Of a DNA stretch of 64,000 bases, positions 22,801-32,132 are shown in pieces. The notes under the pieces were generated by a model, which was given only the letters and a program-made list of their open reading frames with translations, searched no databases and had not been told where the DNA came from. The translations under genes were made by a program, and so were the position numbers. The stretch is from positions 1 through 64,000 of the IMG/VR virus record IMGVR_UViG_3300048593_000672; one strand, 5' to 3'. This DNA comes from a virus. Position 1 is the stretch's first letter; every line of letters starts with the position of its first letter.

Positions 22801-25800
22801 TTCGGGAAACATCTTGCTATTTTTCATCTGGTTGGTTAACTGTTCATGGGTTAATCCCTGGGAACGAGCCATAGCCCCGATAGCTTGGGGTAGTACCTCC
22901 GCAAGCTGCGAACGTAGTTCCTCGGCCATTATTTCGCCTTTTCCGATCATCTGAACTACACTGAGGAACGCCCGTTGCTGTTCATCGGGCGTTGCACCCT
23001 GACCAACCAACGCAGCCGAGAACCCTTCAAAGATTTCTTGTACCTGGGGCGCAACGGTGGTGTTGGCGGCGGCGACTGTTAACTTAGTGAATGACTGAGC
23101 AGCAACCAACGCATTAGCTCCAATCTCATCAGCGTATTGGGCGATCTCCTTTAATTTACTGGCTGCATTAATGCTTGAGTCGTAAGTTAAAGCCGCTTTC
23201 ATCCGTTCCAATTGCAGGGCGGTATCAATACCAGTGCGGGCAAAATCAACGAGCACCTGTTCGACCTGCTGAAAGCCCATGTACATCAACAGCCCACCAG
23301 CAAAGCCTTTGATGTTTTCAATGATGCGGGCAAGACCAGGCATTTTTTCTTCTAATGCCCCCATGATCCGACCTAAGCCACGAATGCCAGCACCAGCGGC
23401 ACCGGCCCCCGCTTCAATTTCATCAAGAATGTTGTTAAACCATTCCCAAAATCCCTTATCGGCATTTTGAGGTGCTTGAGCAATCCCCGCAACCATATTG
23501 TTAGCACGACTATTAATAAAGTCTTTGGCATTATCGCCCATGCGCCGAGGTGCTAAATCATCAACAGTTAAACCACGACGAGGCGGCACTGGATTGGGAG
23601 AAGCACCAGCAGGGGGAATAGGTGGTTTGCGGGGGGGTTGTCCATTGCCACCACCAACAGGAACGTGATTATAAAGTCCAGCCGCCATAATGCGATTGGC
23701 TTCTGCAATTTGCCAGGCCTGACCTGTTAGGGGAGTAGAATCTCTCACTGGTCTTGTTGCACTTGTCTGTTGCTGTTGAATTTCCGAAACCCACAATTGA
23801 AGAGCATCACCCCATACGTCATCACCATGTAGCGGGGGGGACTGACTTGCAATCACCCTATTATTAGGAGGTAATGGTGGAGGGACAATTCCTCTCGCTG
23901 GTGTTTGTGCCTCGGATAGAGGAGGTAGCGGTAGAAGATTAGATACCCTGTCTTGTGCAACAACAGCATTTAATTCTTTTTCATAAATAAAGGAAACAGC
24001 CCTTTTATAACCAGTACTGTTAATATCCCTCCCGATATTGATGTTTTTAATATCGCGAAGATACAAGTTTTTAAGACCTAAAGCCTCTTCTTTGTAATTC
24101 TCAATATTTTTCCAACCCTCTTTTTCTAATTGGGGAACTGGCAAATCAAGCATCTCAATTGATTGGATAGCACCATCAATACCAATCTTGTAGCCTAAGA
24201 CTAAATTCTCACCAATCTTGATAAAGACTTTACTGGGCGATTTTTCCCCCAGAACATCCATCGCGGTTGTGATAAGTTTTTTGCTGGTGTTGGCGATCGC
24301 AGCAATCGGCTCACCCTCCGAACCAGTAATACCAGCCGTCAGACCTTTATTGATGTTTAGACCGACTCGTTCCATCTTTCCATAATTTTCATCCCCTTCC
24401 ATCTCTTTAAAGCCATATCCGGCCCAAAGCCTTTCGCTACGAGCATCTATTGGGGATGTACGAATTGTGTTGGAGCCGACTACACTAAACAATTCTTGCA
24501 TCCACAAATCAAGTTGTTTGCGAAGGGCTGCACGAATAGCGGGGTCTTTAGTTGGTTTAAAATCTCCATTAACCATTAGATCGGATAGATACCAACCCAT
24601 AGTCTTTGACACATAAGCGTGTAGATCTAGCTTTTGCCCTTCAACTACTGCACTTCTAGTAAACCTAGTTCCTACTTCGGGGGGTTGAATTTGACTGTCT
24701 TTTGTTGTCAACTCTATTCTTGGCATAGAGGATTCAATTGACAGCTTTTTGTTGATGTCAAGGCTGGCTTTTTTACCTGTAGCAATGATTTTATCAAGAT
24801 AAGAAAGTATATTTTTCCTGACAGAATCAAAGGGTAATGTATCTGTGTCAGAAGCATTTGGCAGCATACTCTCTGCCTCTAGAAATGCTTGTTTTGCTGG
24901 ACTATCTTCAGTTTTGTTTACGACTCTTCTTTGAAAGCTTGAGTGATTAAAATCTTTAACGATACTACTGACATTCGCATCTTCCGCAAGTCCATAGTCA
25001 ATCGCTCTTAGCTGCCCTTGTTTATCTATTAAAATATTGCCACCATGTAAGTCATTGTGTGCAATACCATTTTCTATTAAAGACTTTTTGAGTCGAATAA
25101 CTTCTTTAAAGAAAGACTCTGGATACTTCCCGCCATCAGAAATATTATAAGCATCATTGGCAGTTTGCCCCCGAATCAGTTCCATTGCAATCGCAGCGTC
25201 ACTAGAGCTATATCGCTTTGATCCCAAAACCCTTGGGCCAAGTCCAAGCTCTCCGGCCCTTCGAGATAGTTCTATTTCCTTGTCTGTTATTTGTCCATGT
25301 TTTAAGGCATATCCTCCCATATCATAGACAGTTCCATAAAGACCTTCCCCCAGTGTTTTTATCCCAGGAATAGTCTTAAATTCCCATTTATGATCATATA
25401 ATTCCTGTTCTGTAGGGATATTTATGGCACTTTCGTTTTTTTGTATCGGCTGCTTTGTTACTGTCCTTTGTTTGATACTATCCAAAGCAGCTTTATTCCC
25501 ACCACCCCATTCATAATAAGTTTCAAGTGTCTCAGCTAAGTTGTCTGCAAAATTATGACCAAATTGCTTAGATTGGGCAAGTTCTCTTTTAACAATGCTT
25601 TCAATATCGCCAATAATCGCCGCCATTTCTTTCGGCACTTTCTGAGCAACTTGGCTAAAGTCTAAGCCTTGATCTAGTCCAGCAACAATGTCTTGACCAA
25701 TCTCTTTAAATACCAGCGAGGGAGAATTACTTTTGAGCGTCTTTTTACTACTAGTAATCATTTCCCGCAACATTTCAATCGTTGCGTCTTTCGGCAAATG

Positions 25801-28800
25801 ACCCCGTTCCTGTAATGCTAATAAAATGCCATCAGGAATAGCGACACCCATCCCATGCGCTTTTTTGAGGATGTCTTTTGGATCAACAAACTGGTCAAAT
25901 TGACCTTTCCAACCGCCCAATATTTTGTTAGTTGAAACAAGACTACCTTTGCTGCTTAATGCTTGGTCTGGCAGCCCTCCCAAAGATTGTTTTTCTGCAA
26001 TAAAGTTTTTAGAGTAGTTGGCTATACTACTAATACGTTCAACGTCAATAATGTCATTAATGATCCTAATTTGATCGTTAATATTTTTGCGATTAGTTTT
26101 TAATGAATCAATTAACTGCTTAAGCTTAACTTCTGGCGAGTCTTCCCTTGCTGGTGCTAGTGCGTAAGCATCCCCACGACTGGGAGGTAGGGGTGATAAA
26201 ACTGTCGTTGCAGGGGGTAGGGCATTCGTTTCTTTTGCCAGTAATTCAGCGTAAACGTGCTCAACTGGGCGGGGCATTAATCTGGGCAGGCTAGTTATAG
26301 CTTTGTTGCCAAAATTGCCGATTCCCGTTAACAGGTTGTAGGTCTTATCCTCAACAGCACTAGGCAATAATGCCAGTGGTTTTGCTACTTGATTTAATGC
26401 AAATTGTCCTACTCCACTCGCGGTCCGACCACTCAGCAGATAAGTCAATATAGTTCCAGCCCCACCCAATGCAGCCGTTCCCGCATCACCAATTCCAGAG
26501 CCTAAAGCCCCCATTCCTGGAATACGACTCAACCAACTAGCAGCAGTCGCGGCCCCACTCGTTAATCCTTCAGGCAATAATCCCGCAATTCCACTACCGA
26601 CAGCCCCAATTCCATGACTCAATAACGGTGTGACAACCCCGCTAGAGATAGCGTCCATTCCCGCCCCTAACAAAGGTAGATCGTGTCCCGCCATGCCTAA
26701 GGCGATCGCGGGGGAAATAGCTTGAGTTACCTTCTTAGCAGCTTGAAGATTTACTAATCCAAGGCTTACGACCTGAACAGTATCAAAAGCATATTTTTCT
26801 ATTCCCTTAGCCACTCCGTAATGCTGTGATGCAATAGTGCCTAGCGATCGCATCATCTTGTTAAACAAGCTGACTTCTGGGGAAGCCAAAGCACCAGCAG
26901 GGGAAATGTCATTGGCTGGCTGTTGATCGTTTACGCCTGGGGGATTTACTTCAGAGGGATTACCACCACGACCAACCATATCCCGATGAAAAGCAGCAAG
27001 TTCTCGATAAAGCATCTCTAAATACTTTTCGGCACCGCTTAAATTGCTTTCGCTGGTATTAGTAAAAGCTGACTCGACAGGGTTATTATTTTCCGTTGCT
27101 GGTGTTTGGGACTCTACGGGATTATTTGCTTTTTCTGTTACGGTACGCGAAAGATTAGGCAACTCTCCAATCATTCTGACAAGCAACGATGGGTCGGATG
27201 GGTTTCTAATGCTTTCGTCAGATGGGAGTCCGAGCGTATTTATTCTGGTAGCTCCAACGCCCTGCGATTGAAAAATGCCAGATAAAGAAAATTCATCGGT
27301 AGGAAAGATGGGAATATTTGCTTTTGTCTCTTCAGAAAGATTGCCTTTATTAGCAACAAACTCATCCATGACCGATTGCAAATACTCATACATTTTGACA
27401 ATTTGATCTTGATAAATACCAAATTGACTACCCTTCTCTTTAAACCACTTAATTGTTTCATGAGATAATTGCCGATTCAATCCTTTTACAGCTTCAGGGT
27501 TTAAGTCCCTCGCAAAATAACCAGCAAGAGAAGAATCGCCTGACTTGAAAGCAGCCAAGTCTTGATTGGTTTGTTTTGCCTCTTCTTGATATTTTAAATA
27601 GCCGCCTAAGTCACTAGGGTTTTCAGGCATTTTAACGCCAACATCAGAAAGTCGTTTTGCTAATTCAACTTCTATTTCTTTGAAATATTGGTTTATCAGG
27701 TCGTGTAACGCCTTACCACCAGTTCTTGTCAGTGTTACAGTCGCCGCACCATGCTCAAAAAAGCGAGTAATCAGTGATTCAACGTCAAAATTACCCCCCG
27801 CACTTTGACTTGTCTTAAAGCCTTTAAATGGAGAATTAAGGTCAAATTCACCTGTTTTCATCAATGATTTTAATTGTTCCCCAATCCCTATCAACTCATA
27901 TAAATTACCCGTTGATTCCGCTATTCCCGCTTCTGTCTTTCGATTTAATCCAGTAGGACGTTCACTACCAATCGCATTGTAAAAAATAGGGGGAAACGCA
28001 GGTTCCTTAAATAAATGTTTCCAGTCGTGAGCATCCGTCCCAGAAAGTCCTATTGTGTTTAAGAATGAAGCACCTGGCGCATTAAATCCCCTCCCCAAAC
28101 CAAGTCTATTACCAAATGTTAGGGGGTCGCCTTTAAGAATTGCTGATTGATAATTTTGGGGGATAACACCAGACAAGCCCAGTGTCGGATAAGACATTGC
28201 CAACGTATTTGTTTGCAAGCCCATGTATTGAGCAGTTCTGGCGTAAGACATTGCATCCATCCCGCCAGACATTGAATAGCCAACAAAACGACCTTCTTTC
28301 CCCTGACTGTTAGCTGCTAAAGTATTTGCTAATGCTTGAGTTGCCGCTATCGATGTTGCCATTGGATTAATGGCAAATAACGCTTGTCTTGCCACATTCA
28401 TTACCGTATTGGCAACATCCTTATCCCCCATCAGATCGGGGAGAATGGTCGAAAGTCCCTTCTTTATTAGTTCTTCTGCTGGTCTTTTTTCGCCTGGCAA
28501 CGGTGCATCTGAGTTGGGATTTTCGACAGGAATAAAGCGAACGTTAGGAGCAAAAGGTTCAAGGGCCATTGCTATTTGACGACCACCTTGACCCCCCGCA
28601 AATTGACCTCCACCCCCTACACTTACTGCGCCACTGTAATTTTGTAAGTCAGGAAAATTGCCTTTTATTTGATCGTAAAGCTGCTGAGCTTGTTTGCTAG
28701 TTCGATAAGTCTGAATGCCTTGAATTAGCTTTAATAGTGGTTGAAATTCCGCAATAATGGGATTAATAACATTGTCAACTATCCCTTTTGGTTGGGCTAA

Positions 28801-29763
28801 ATCTAGAAACTTATCTAGAGTCTGTAATTTAGAAGTTGTCCCCATTGAAGCTAAAGGACGATTTTCTATCGTGGCATAAATCTTTTTAAGCTCATTATCG
28901 CTTTGGATTATTTGATCGATAGCGGCAGCATTTGCTTGAGTCGCAATATCTCTCAGCTTATAGATTCGCTCCAAAGACTTTGCAATTCCTGATCGCGGTT
29001 TTGCGGCTTCTGTTGCTTTTTTAAAATCACCAGTGTCTAATAATTCTCCTAAAAAAGTCTCAAAATAATTATCGGTTCCCACTACAAAGTTATTAAAAGC
29101 TCTTACACCAGCTTTTACTTTTGCCGACGACTCTCTAACGCCACTCGTTGCAAATTCCCCCGCTAAAGTTCGACCAATTTCTTCAGCAAAACCAGTAGCA
29201 ATTTTATTGACTGCTTGCCCTGCAATATTCATTGGAATGCGAATTGGCGCAGAAACTACATCAAAAGCAAAGCCAGCGATTTTAGATAAAACTCCACCTG
29301 GCCGCAAGTGTGCAACTTCTTTAATAACGTCCCGAAAATCCTGATCTAACTGCTTACCGAGTCCCCTAATTTCACTTGCCAAAAGACTATCTTGCCTTAA
29401 GCTATCAACAGAAATTTGATGCCGAATCGTCCCACTAAACGATCCCCCCGCCATCATGTCATTTTTAAGCACCCCCAACTCCCGCCGAAACTCCCGAACC
29501 TGATTAATACCAGCAGAGAGGGAAGTAGGGTCGTAAAGCGACTTAATGGGGATTGATGCTTCTTTCCGCAGTTCCCCAATATGCTTAATTTTTTTGTCAA
29601 TTAAATCGTTGAGTCCATGCAGTTGTTTGGTGTCAACGGGAATGGCGATCGCAGACTGACGCTTAAGTTTGCCCAGTTCATTGTCAACTTGATACATCCG
29701 GCGATTGAAGTTATCAATCCGAGCGTCAATGTCAATATAGATCTGACCGCCATCAACTGCCAT
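16861..29763 (-). CDS. Giant multi-enzyme tape measure protein (4300 aa)
   Basis: Follows the tail chaperone; tape-measure domain (KGEIMAEELRSQLAE, ~22.7-23.3 kb); C-terminal FADGG/FAKGG repeats; internal enzyme domains. Confidence 0.92.
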   Translation of the reverse strand: MAVDGGQIYIDIDARIDNFNRRMYQVDNELGKLKRQSAIAIPVDTKQLHGLNDLIDKKIKHIGELRKEASIPIKSLYDPTSLSAGINQVREFRRELGVLKNDMMAGGSFSGTIRHQISVDSLRQDSLLASEIRGLGKQLDQDFRDVIKEVAHLRPGGVLSKIAGFAFDVVSAPIRIPMNIAGQAVNKIATGFAEEIGRTLAGEFATSGVRESSAKVKAGVRAFNNFVVGTDNYFETFLGELLDTGDFKKATEAAKPRSGIAKSLERIYKLRDIATQANAAAIDQIIQSDNELKKIYATIENRPLASMGTTSKLQTLDKFLDLAQPKGIVDNVINPIIAEFQPLLKLIQGIQTYRTSKQAQQLYDQIKGNFPDLQNYSGAVSVGGGGQFAGGQGGRQIAMALEPFAPNVRFIPVENPNSDAPLPGEKRPAEELIKKGLSTILPDLMGDKDVANTVMNVARQALFAINPMATSIAATQALANTLAANSQGKEGRFVGYSMSGGMDAMSYARTAQYMGLQTNTLAMSYPTLGLSGVIPQNYQSAILKGDPLTFGNRLGLGRGFNAPGASFLNTIGLSGTDAHDWKHLFKEPAFPPIFYNAIGSERPTGLNRKTEAGIAESTGNLYELIGIGEQLKSLMKTGEFDLNSPFKGFKTSQSAGGNFDVESLITRFFEHGAATVTLTRTGGKALHDLINQYFKEIEVELAKRLSDVGVKMPENPSDLGGYLKYQEEAKQTNQDLAAFKSGDSSLAGYFARDLNPEAVKGLNRQLSHETIKWFKEKGSQFGIYQDQIVKMYEYLQSVMDEFVANKGNLSEETKANIPIFPTDEFSLSGIFQSQGVGATRINTLGLPSDESIRNPSDPSLLVRMIGELPNLSRTVTEKANNPVESQTPATENNNPVESAFTNTSESNLSGAEKYLEMLYRELAAFHRDMVGRGGNPSEVNPPGVNDQQPANDISPAGALASPEVSLFNKMMRSLGTIASQHYGVAKGIEKYAFDTVQVVSLGLVNLQAAKKVTQAISPAIALGMAGHDLPLLGAGMDAISSGVVTPLLSHGIGAVGSGIAGLLPEGLTSGAATAASWLSRIPGMGALGSGIGDAGTAALGGAGTILTYLLSGRTASGVGQFALNQVAKPLALLPSAVEDKTYNLLTGIGNFGNKAITSLPRLMPRPVEHVYAELLAKETNALPPATTVLSPLPPSRGDAYALAPAREDSPEVKLKQLIDSLKTNRKNINDQIRIINDIIDVERISSIANYSKNFIAEKQSLGGLPDQALSSKGSLVSTNKILGGWKGQFDQFVDPKDILKKAHGMGVAIPDGILLALQERGHLPKDATIEMLREMITSSKKTLKSNSPSLVFKEIGQDIVAGLDQGLDFSQVAQKVPKEMAAIIGDIESIVKRELAQSKQFGHNFADNLAETLETYYEWGGGNKAALDSIKQRTVTKQPIQKNESAINIPTEQELYDHKWEFKTIPGIKTLGEGLYGTVYDMGGYALKHGQITDKEIELSRRAGELGLGPRVLGSKRYSSSDAAIAMELIRGQTANDAYNISDGGKYPESFFKEVIRLKKSLIENGIAHNDLHGGNILIDKQGQLRAIDYGLAEDANVSSIVKDFNHSSFQRRVVNKTEDSPAKQAFLEAESMLPNASDTDTLPFDSVRKNILSYLDKIIATGKKASLDINKKLSIESSMPRIELTTKDSQIQPPEVGTRFTRSAVVEGQKLDLHAYVSKTMGWYLSDLMVNGDFKPTKDPAIRAALRKQLDLWMQELFSVVGSNTIRTSPIDARSERLWAGYGFKEMEGDENYGKMERVGLNINKGLTAGITGSEGEPIAAIANTSKKLITTAMDVLGEKSPSKVFIKIGENLVLGYKIGIDGAIQSIEMLDLPVPQLEKEGWKNIENYKEEALGLKNLYLRDIKNINIGRDINSTGYKRAVSFIYEKELNAVVAQDRVSNLLPLPPLSEAQTPARGIVPPPLPPNNRVIASQSPPLHGDDVWGDALQLWVSEIQQQQTSATRPVRDSTPLTGQAWQIAEANRIMAAGLYNHVPVGGGNGQPPRKPPIPPAGASPNPVPPRRGLTVDDLAPRRMGDNAKDFINSRANNMVAGIAQAPQNADKGFWEWFNNILDEIEAGAGAAGAGIRGLGRIMGALEEKMPGLARIIENIKGFAGGLLMYMGFQQVEQVLVDFARTGIDTALQLERMKAALTYDSSINAASKLKEIAQYADEIGANALVAAQSFTKLTVAAANTTVAPQVQEIFEGFSAALVGQGATPDEQQRAFLSVVQMIGKGEIMAEELRSQLAEVLPQAIGAMARSQGLTHEQLTNQMKNSKMFPETDLQPLAKQLAYEATLPINTVKEGPLGSIARFQNAQEKLQGRMGETILGVGKPAMDIAVGGMNALNSVATGLTASLGLLVTMLGAKFVFALLDTGTASRVVTIALKVLGLEFMTNNWILNGLNTGLAKLNTNLVISGSSSNVAVRGLAATAGALSGIGSALYAIAPQLIAFAAIGFAIDKGTKIWQSYHGELKKTNDELEQMINNLEATNTLTGKMKDPNKVDRNDPTYTRLGGSNPTPITGVGDFAQRVFGGVLNNYTHPFGFDPSAPNSGINNIVIDYRDEKGNIYKSVRMDKDDRRDLMEDLKQVDRGISYGKRLIEQADANYANPQNLAKGKADISQLDREIAVIRTRLANNSKLGGNNREEFKNLSAELAVKVGDREKAVNETFGNQIALEQMNKAYEAMRETVKKNPDAQAREAKLEVIAKLMSDTNVRLEAIRMHTGSINQKIPGLQGASQLVSSAGANIAEYNQGLASRRNNQLLEARLNQKLDDIDLQRQQALDNLTTAKRELLPVKQDAETFKGFALNGLEPSVAQDAMNRLELRGRGGEKYKDPLDMIMNTSVETMKALVESGDGISGGLKTFLEQSIKFKEKYQQANELEGKVLQAQIDLEKLQQQRLNAIRQANTQIAASNTNIEMYQAASKGKIGTQDIQAFSAYNDLATAKRQLRDVKALFKDNSQDPVELAKQLASANEAVAKAEFAVMQSGQNTEEYYRGLGQSVEDFNRSVLETEIGWQQQVRDFGWSVQDSARNAFIETRGLQEAWADLQFDLEGQLLAAQNELKSTSEKLRQAKATLAVESISFQPDSIGKKTASIFVDFLANIGNLEGEGRSLDEKQRQVGQEYVTTLRRIRDEQEKQLRAEEERTRSIIRLNEQFRSMMMQMESSSIKLGRELEQIITRITKEAPNSGYQNKLPSLPAAPLSYNPSAGINIDPRYGESVVERVPFSVPIGQPSAVVQPTKYYAPGDVNGLNGLMGKYGGGMRLNLAAPKQVKTSYQLQVPAQNILTAPAQAATTQSMGWEKNLARLLNQYGSQMTVEDFKNAATKSGVSIDALVTQAFIESHFGTKGRGKFTKNPLNYGNDDAGNNKHFKTYGQGLEYAAIKLKKDFFFSTPEDFINRDFKGRYGRYATDPAYGSKYLKSLSRVRGILYNQMRSAAPKEWLVADASEGISDMGSAIFQTNATTAARAKRIEQEKARKRQAELNDPNNISRKPLEDIIKYQKELYPEAFKLDEFYESKGIKFIDRMSSKDWKKRTEAIAKQFKESQARVDAAKGIGSSNANVNPNIKKYQTLPGYQPSQLEPQVDMNGGNVLPNVQSPFITKYQPRAINDYSGLQQITDQNPITVQDTSSLTNTAGQINDVKNATIGVNRAVLDLQGNLEVVKFNNAFQQQLQSLQDMALNLSRKVEDNNIKYRELAINSKGYKTAADEINLAVEGVSVQFRQMNRDFDDELRNLGRQMDDAYIGAAVAAQALADKQAELTKAGRQATTQELQAMSVYQSNLKLYTDSIPIMQARREEIDRQSKAMAALEEPTKRATEAWLRLDKIMASKQGYAKIQADLYKTRYDVGAQNDWGMGTLIDPSAIINARMQAAQARVDLEKQIRDGAYSPQQASEMRRFQAEISELNIKRSFVDAIPGLKEFSSGLRSAILESKGLGESLNKVKDLVLGMMLEQLAIKPFQNAIAEWVGPMLGLDNKEFYPHVITRLGERGASIAANNIVPFDLSNTLTTGQALPDTIDLSSAFTSLTESTTNTSQAMDNIFLAGITSTDPAMAGFILGLTEATTALSAFAGALTVSGGGSFINAGSDIFGNLFNAGNASAGQSIADSLSGGFTGMISHAFNFADGGPVDPLKIDNYAGGGLVEGISQAMNRERSQSGGKRPILAVLNADEYVISANEASDYRNYKDWSERMAKDVKNFAKGGPVSYIPNTTQTNTSEGTVNNFNQTIKIEVANTNDLGKSMSQIERDRQLAKLRAGVR

Positions 29764-29765
29764 AA

Positions 29766-31132
29766 CTAACTACTCTCAAACGATTTAATAATTGCCCAGT
29801 CGTCGGGCCGAACATGGGCGATGACCTGGGCGATGTCCGAGGGCAACAAACCAAGCTTACTTGCATTACTAACAATCTTAGCTGTTTCCGTGTCAATCGG
29901 CTCTTTACCCTTCTCTGGAAATTGAAAGGGTAAAAACTTAGCCGCATCGGGATACTCAACGGAAAAGTGATCGGGATTATTGTGAACCTGAGTCCAGTAA
30001 GTAAAGTGAGCGACTAGCCTGGCCACCGTCATATTCTGGGCGTTAATCTCTTCGGCTCTTGACCGATTAATCAAAATCCACTTCTCGTATAACAACCAAT
30101 CAGGCAGTTCTTCAAAATCGGATAGGGGTTGGCCCCAATTTAGCCAATCCCCCAGTATCCGATCCCAATCTACCTGTTTGGCATTTAGGATTTCCCTGAT
30201 TTTTTCACAGGCTCCTTTCCCCCCTCACTTTTTTCTGCTGGTGCTTCTACCCTGATGGCTGTCACTTGGTATGTTACGCCTTCTTCTAAGCTCAACCTTT
30301 GTTCTCCACAAAGGCTAAAAGAAGAGTCTGCTTTCATCTTGGCTGTAATCACATTGTCGGTATCTAGCCACCCCGTTTTACCCTGATTTTCCTTATTCAC
30401 AAATTCAGTAAACAGAGTCCGAACTAAACCTGGGGATAAATTTTTGACATTTTCAGCCGTGACTTTAAATGTTTTGCGCTCTGTATCAGACAAGTCTTTT
30501 AAAGCCACAACCCGCAAGGGAGAGGATAAAATACCAGCCAGCAACTCACAGTTATAGTTGGTTTGAGCTTCGGCATTCTGATCATTCAATTCACCTAGCT
30601 TAGTAAAGTCATCGCCTAACTTTTCGACAATTAACAGGTTGCGTTTTTTCTCTTCCTCGATTGCATCATCAAGGGATTTAGCATCACTAAGACCCAAGCT
30701 TGTAGCAATAGCCGTAAGAGCATTTACAGCCGTTTTATTTTGCTCGTCATTGTCTTTATCTAGGAGTTGGGCAAGGTCAAGTAACCGGCTTAGGGTTTGC
30801 TTTTTAGTGCCACTACCCAATTCCACCGTTACGACTCGATGGATTTCATCTTCGGAGATTTGATACTTACGGGAATTACTGCCAACAATGGCATAGTATT
30901 CTTTCTGAATCCTCTTAATTTCTTCTGATGCAGCCCCAACCGCTTCACGTTCACGACGAGTTAATCCCTTGAGCTTGTAAAGATAAATACCAATCTCCCC
31001 GTCACTGTTTTTTTCTAGTAGCTTGTCTAAAATCGGTTCTTCGGGGGAATCAAACGAATGGCAAAGATCGAACTCTTCAATGGGGATAAATACAGCTTCT
31101 TTTGCTTCCTTTAAATCCTTAAAAATGCCCAT
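29766..31132 (-). CDS. Tail assembly chaperone (30185-31132) with -1 frameshift extension to 29766
   Basis: G GGA AAG slippery site at 30215-30221; the -1 frame is open through to 29766; lies between tail tube and TMP. Confidence 0.85.
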
Positions 31133-31178
31133 AAATAATTAATCACTATAGTTGTCAGCTTTATTATGGCATACAAAC

Positions 31179-31433
31179 TTAGCTTGACAACAACTTTAGT
31201 TGAAAACTCTCTGGGCTATACAACACCCGATGATTCTTCTGGTAAATTAATTGGGGTGGCAACTCAACCAAGATTGGCACTTCATTAATACCAGCAAGAA
31301 GATTGATTGTGTCGGGTAGGTAGGGAGCAAAATAGCCCAGGCGATAAAAAAGAGTCTGGTCAACCACTTTACAGTTGGCTAACCAGACTAAATCCAAATC
31401 GTTCCAATGAGAGCGCAAAAGATTAAGCCGCAT
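31179..31433 (-). CDS. Hypothetical protein
   Basis: ATG overlapping the tail tube gene end. Confidence 0.5.
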   Translation of the reverse strand: MRLNLLRSHWNDLDLVWLANCKVVDQTLFYRLGYFAPYLPDTINLLAGINEVPILVELPPQLIYQKNHRVLYSPESFQLKLLSS

Positions 31434-32127
31434 TTTGGGGGATCTTTTTCCATGTACCGTTAACATGCAACGTGACGTTGTATTGATTAAAGGCGTTGTT
31501 GGAACGTTGTTCAGACTCACTGAATCGGCAGTTAGCAATACGACCGCCTCGACCTTGGGCATTAAGAATCATGACTCGAAGCATCTTGCCAGCTTCAATC
31601 GCATCTTGCATTAACTTCTTGCCAGGATCACCGTAAATGTCGGGGCCGGAAGTTTGTCCAGAAGACATAACACCAGAAACAGCCTTGGCAATCTCTAAAG
31701 TGTTAAATGCTTGATCTTGATATTCCTGGGATTGGTTATCGGTGTTGGCAGACTTGGCAGAGAAAAAGGGGACAAAGCATTCAACAATAGCTGCCGAGTT
31801 GTCTGCGATCGCTACGGCTGCGGGATAGATGGGGATTGTGGTAGCGTTTGCGGCAGTTTTGGTCTTAACGCGAACAACTTTAGAAACGTTACTAACAACA
31901 AAAACAATGGGCTGACCTTCATACAAGATTTTGGTGCAACCAGTATCAACAGTGATAGTCGTGTCATCAACGTCAACAGCCGCAGCTAAAGTGAGCGTTT
32001 CAATGCCTGGGATAACACCGGCGGGAGCTTCTTCATCAAAAGGAGTGGGAGAGACAAAGATTTGAGTACCCTGACCAGGTGTGTAAAGGCTGGTATCGTC
32101 GAGGGTAGTGTAATTATCACCGGCCAT
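31423..32127 (-). CDS. Major tail tube protein
   Basis: Position; PGQGTQIFVS N-terminus and YNVTLHVNG C-terminus. Confidence 0.7.
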   Translation of the reverse strand: MAGDNYTTLDDTSLYTPGQGTQIFVSPTPFDEEAPAGVIPGIETLTLAAAVDVDDTTITVDTGCTKILYEGQPIVFVVSNVSKVVRVKTKTAANATTIPIYPAAVAIADNSAAIVECFVPFFSAKSANTDNQSQEYQDQAFNTLEIAKAVSGVMSSGQTSGPDIYGDPGKKLMQDAIEAGKMLRVMILNAQGRGGRIANCRFSESEQRSNNAFNQYNVTLHVNGTWKKIPQNAA

Positions 32128-32132
32128 AAAAA

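Noticed and set aside
17366-28579. Short + strand ORFs antisense to the TMP, and similar shadow ORFs elsewhere
   Set aside because: Antisense shadows of long genes with no motifs or evident expression signals
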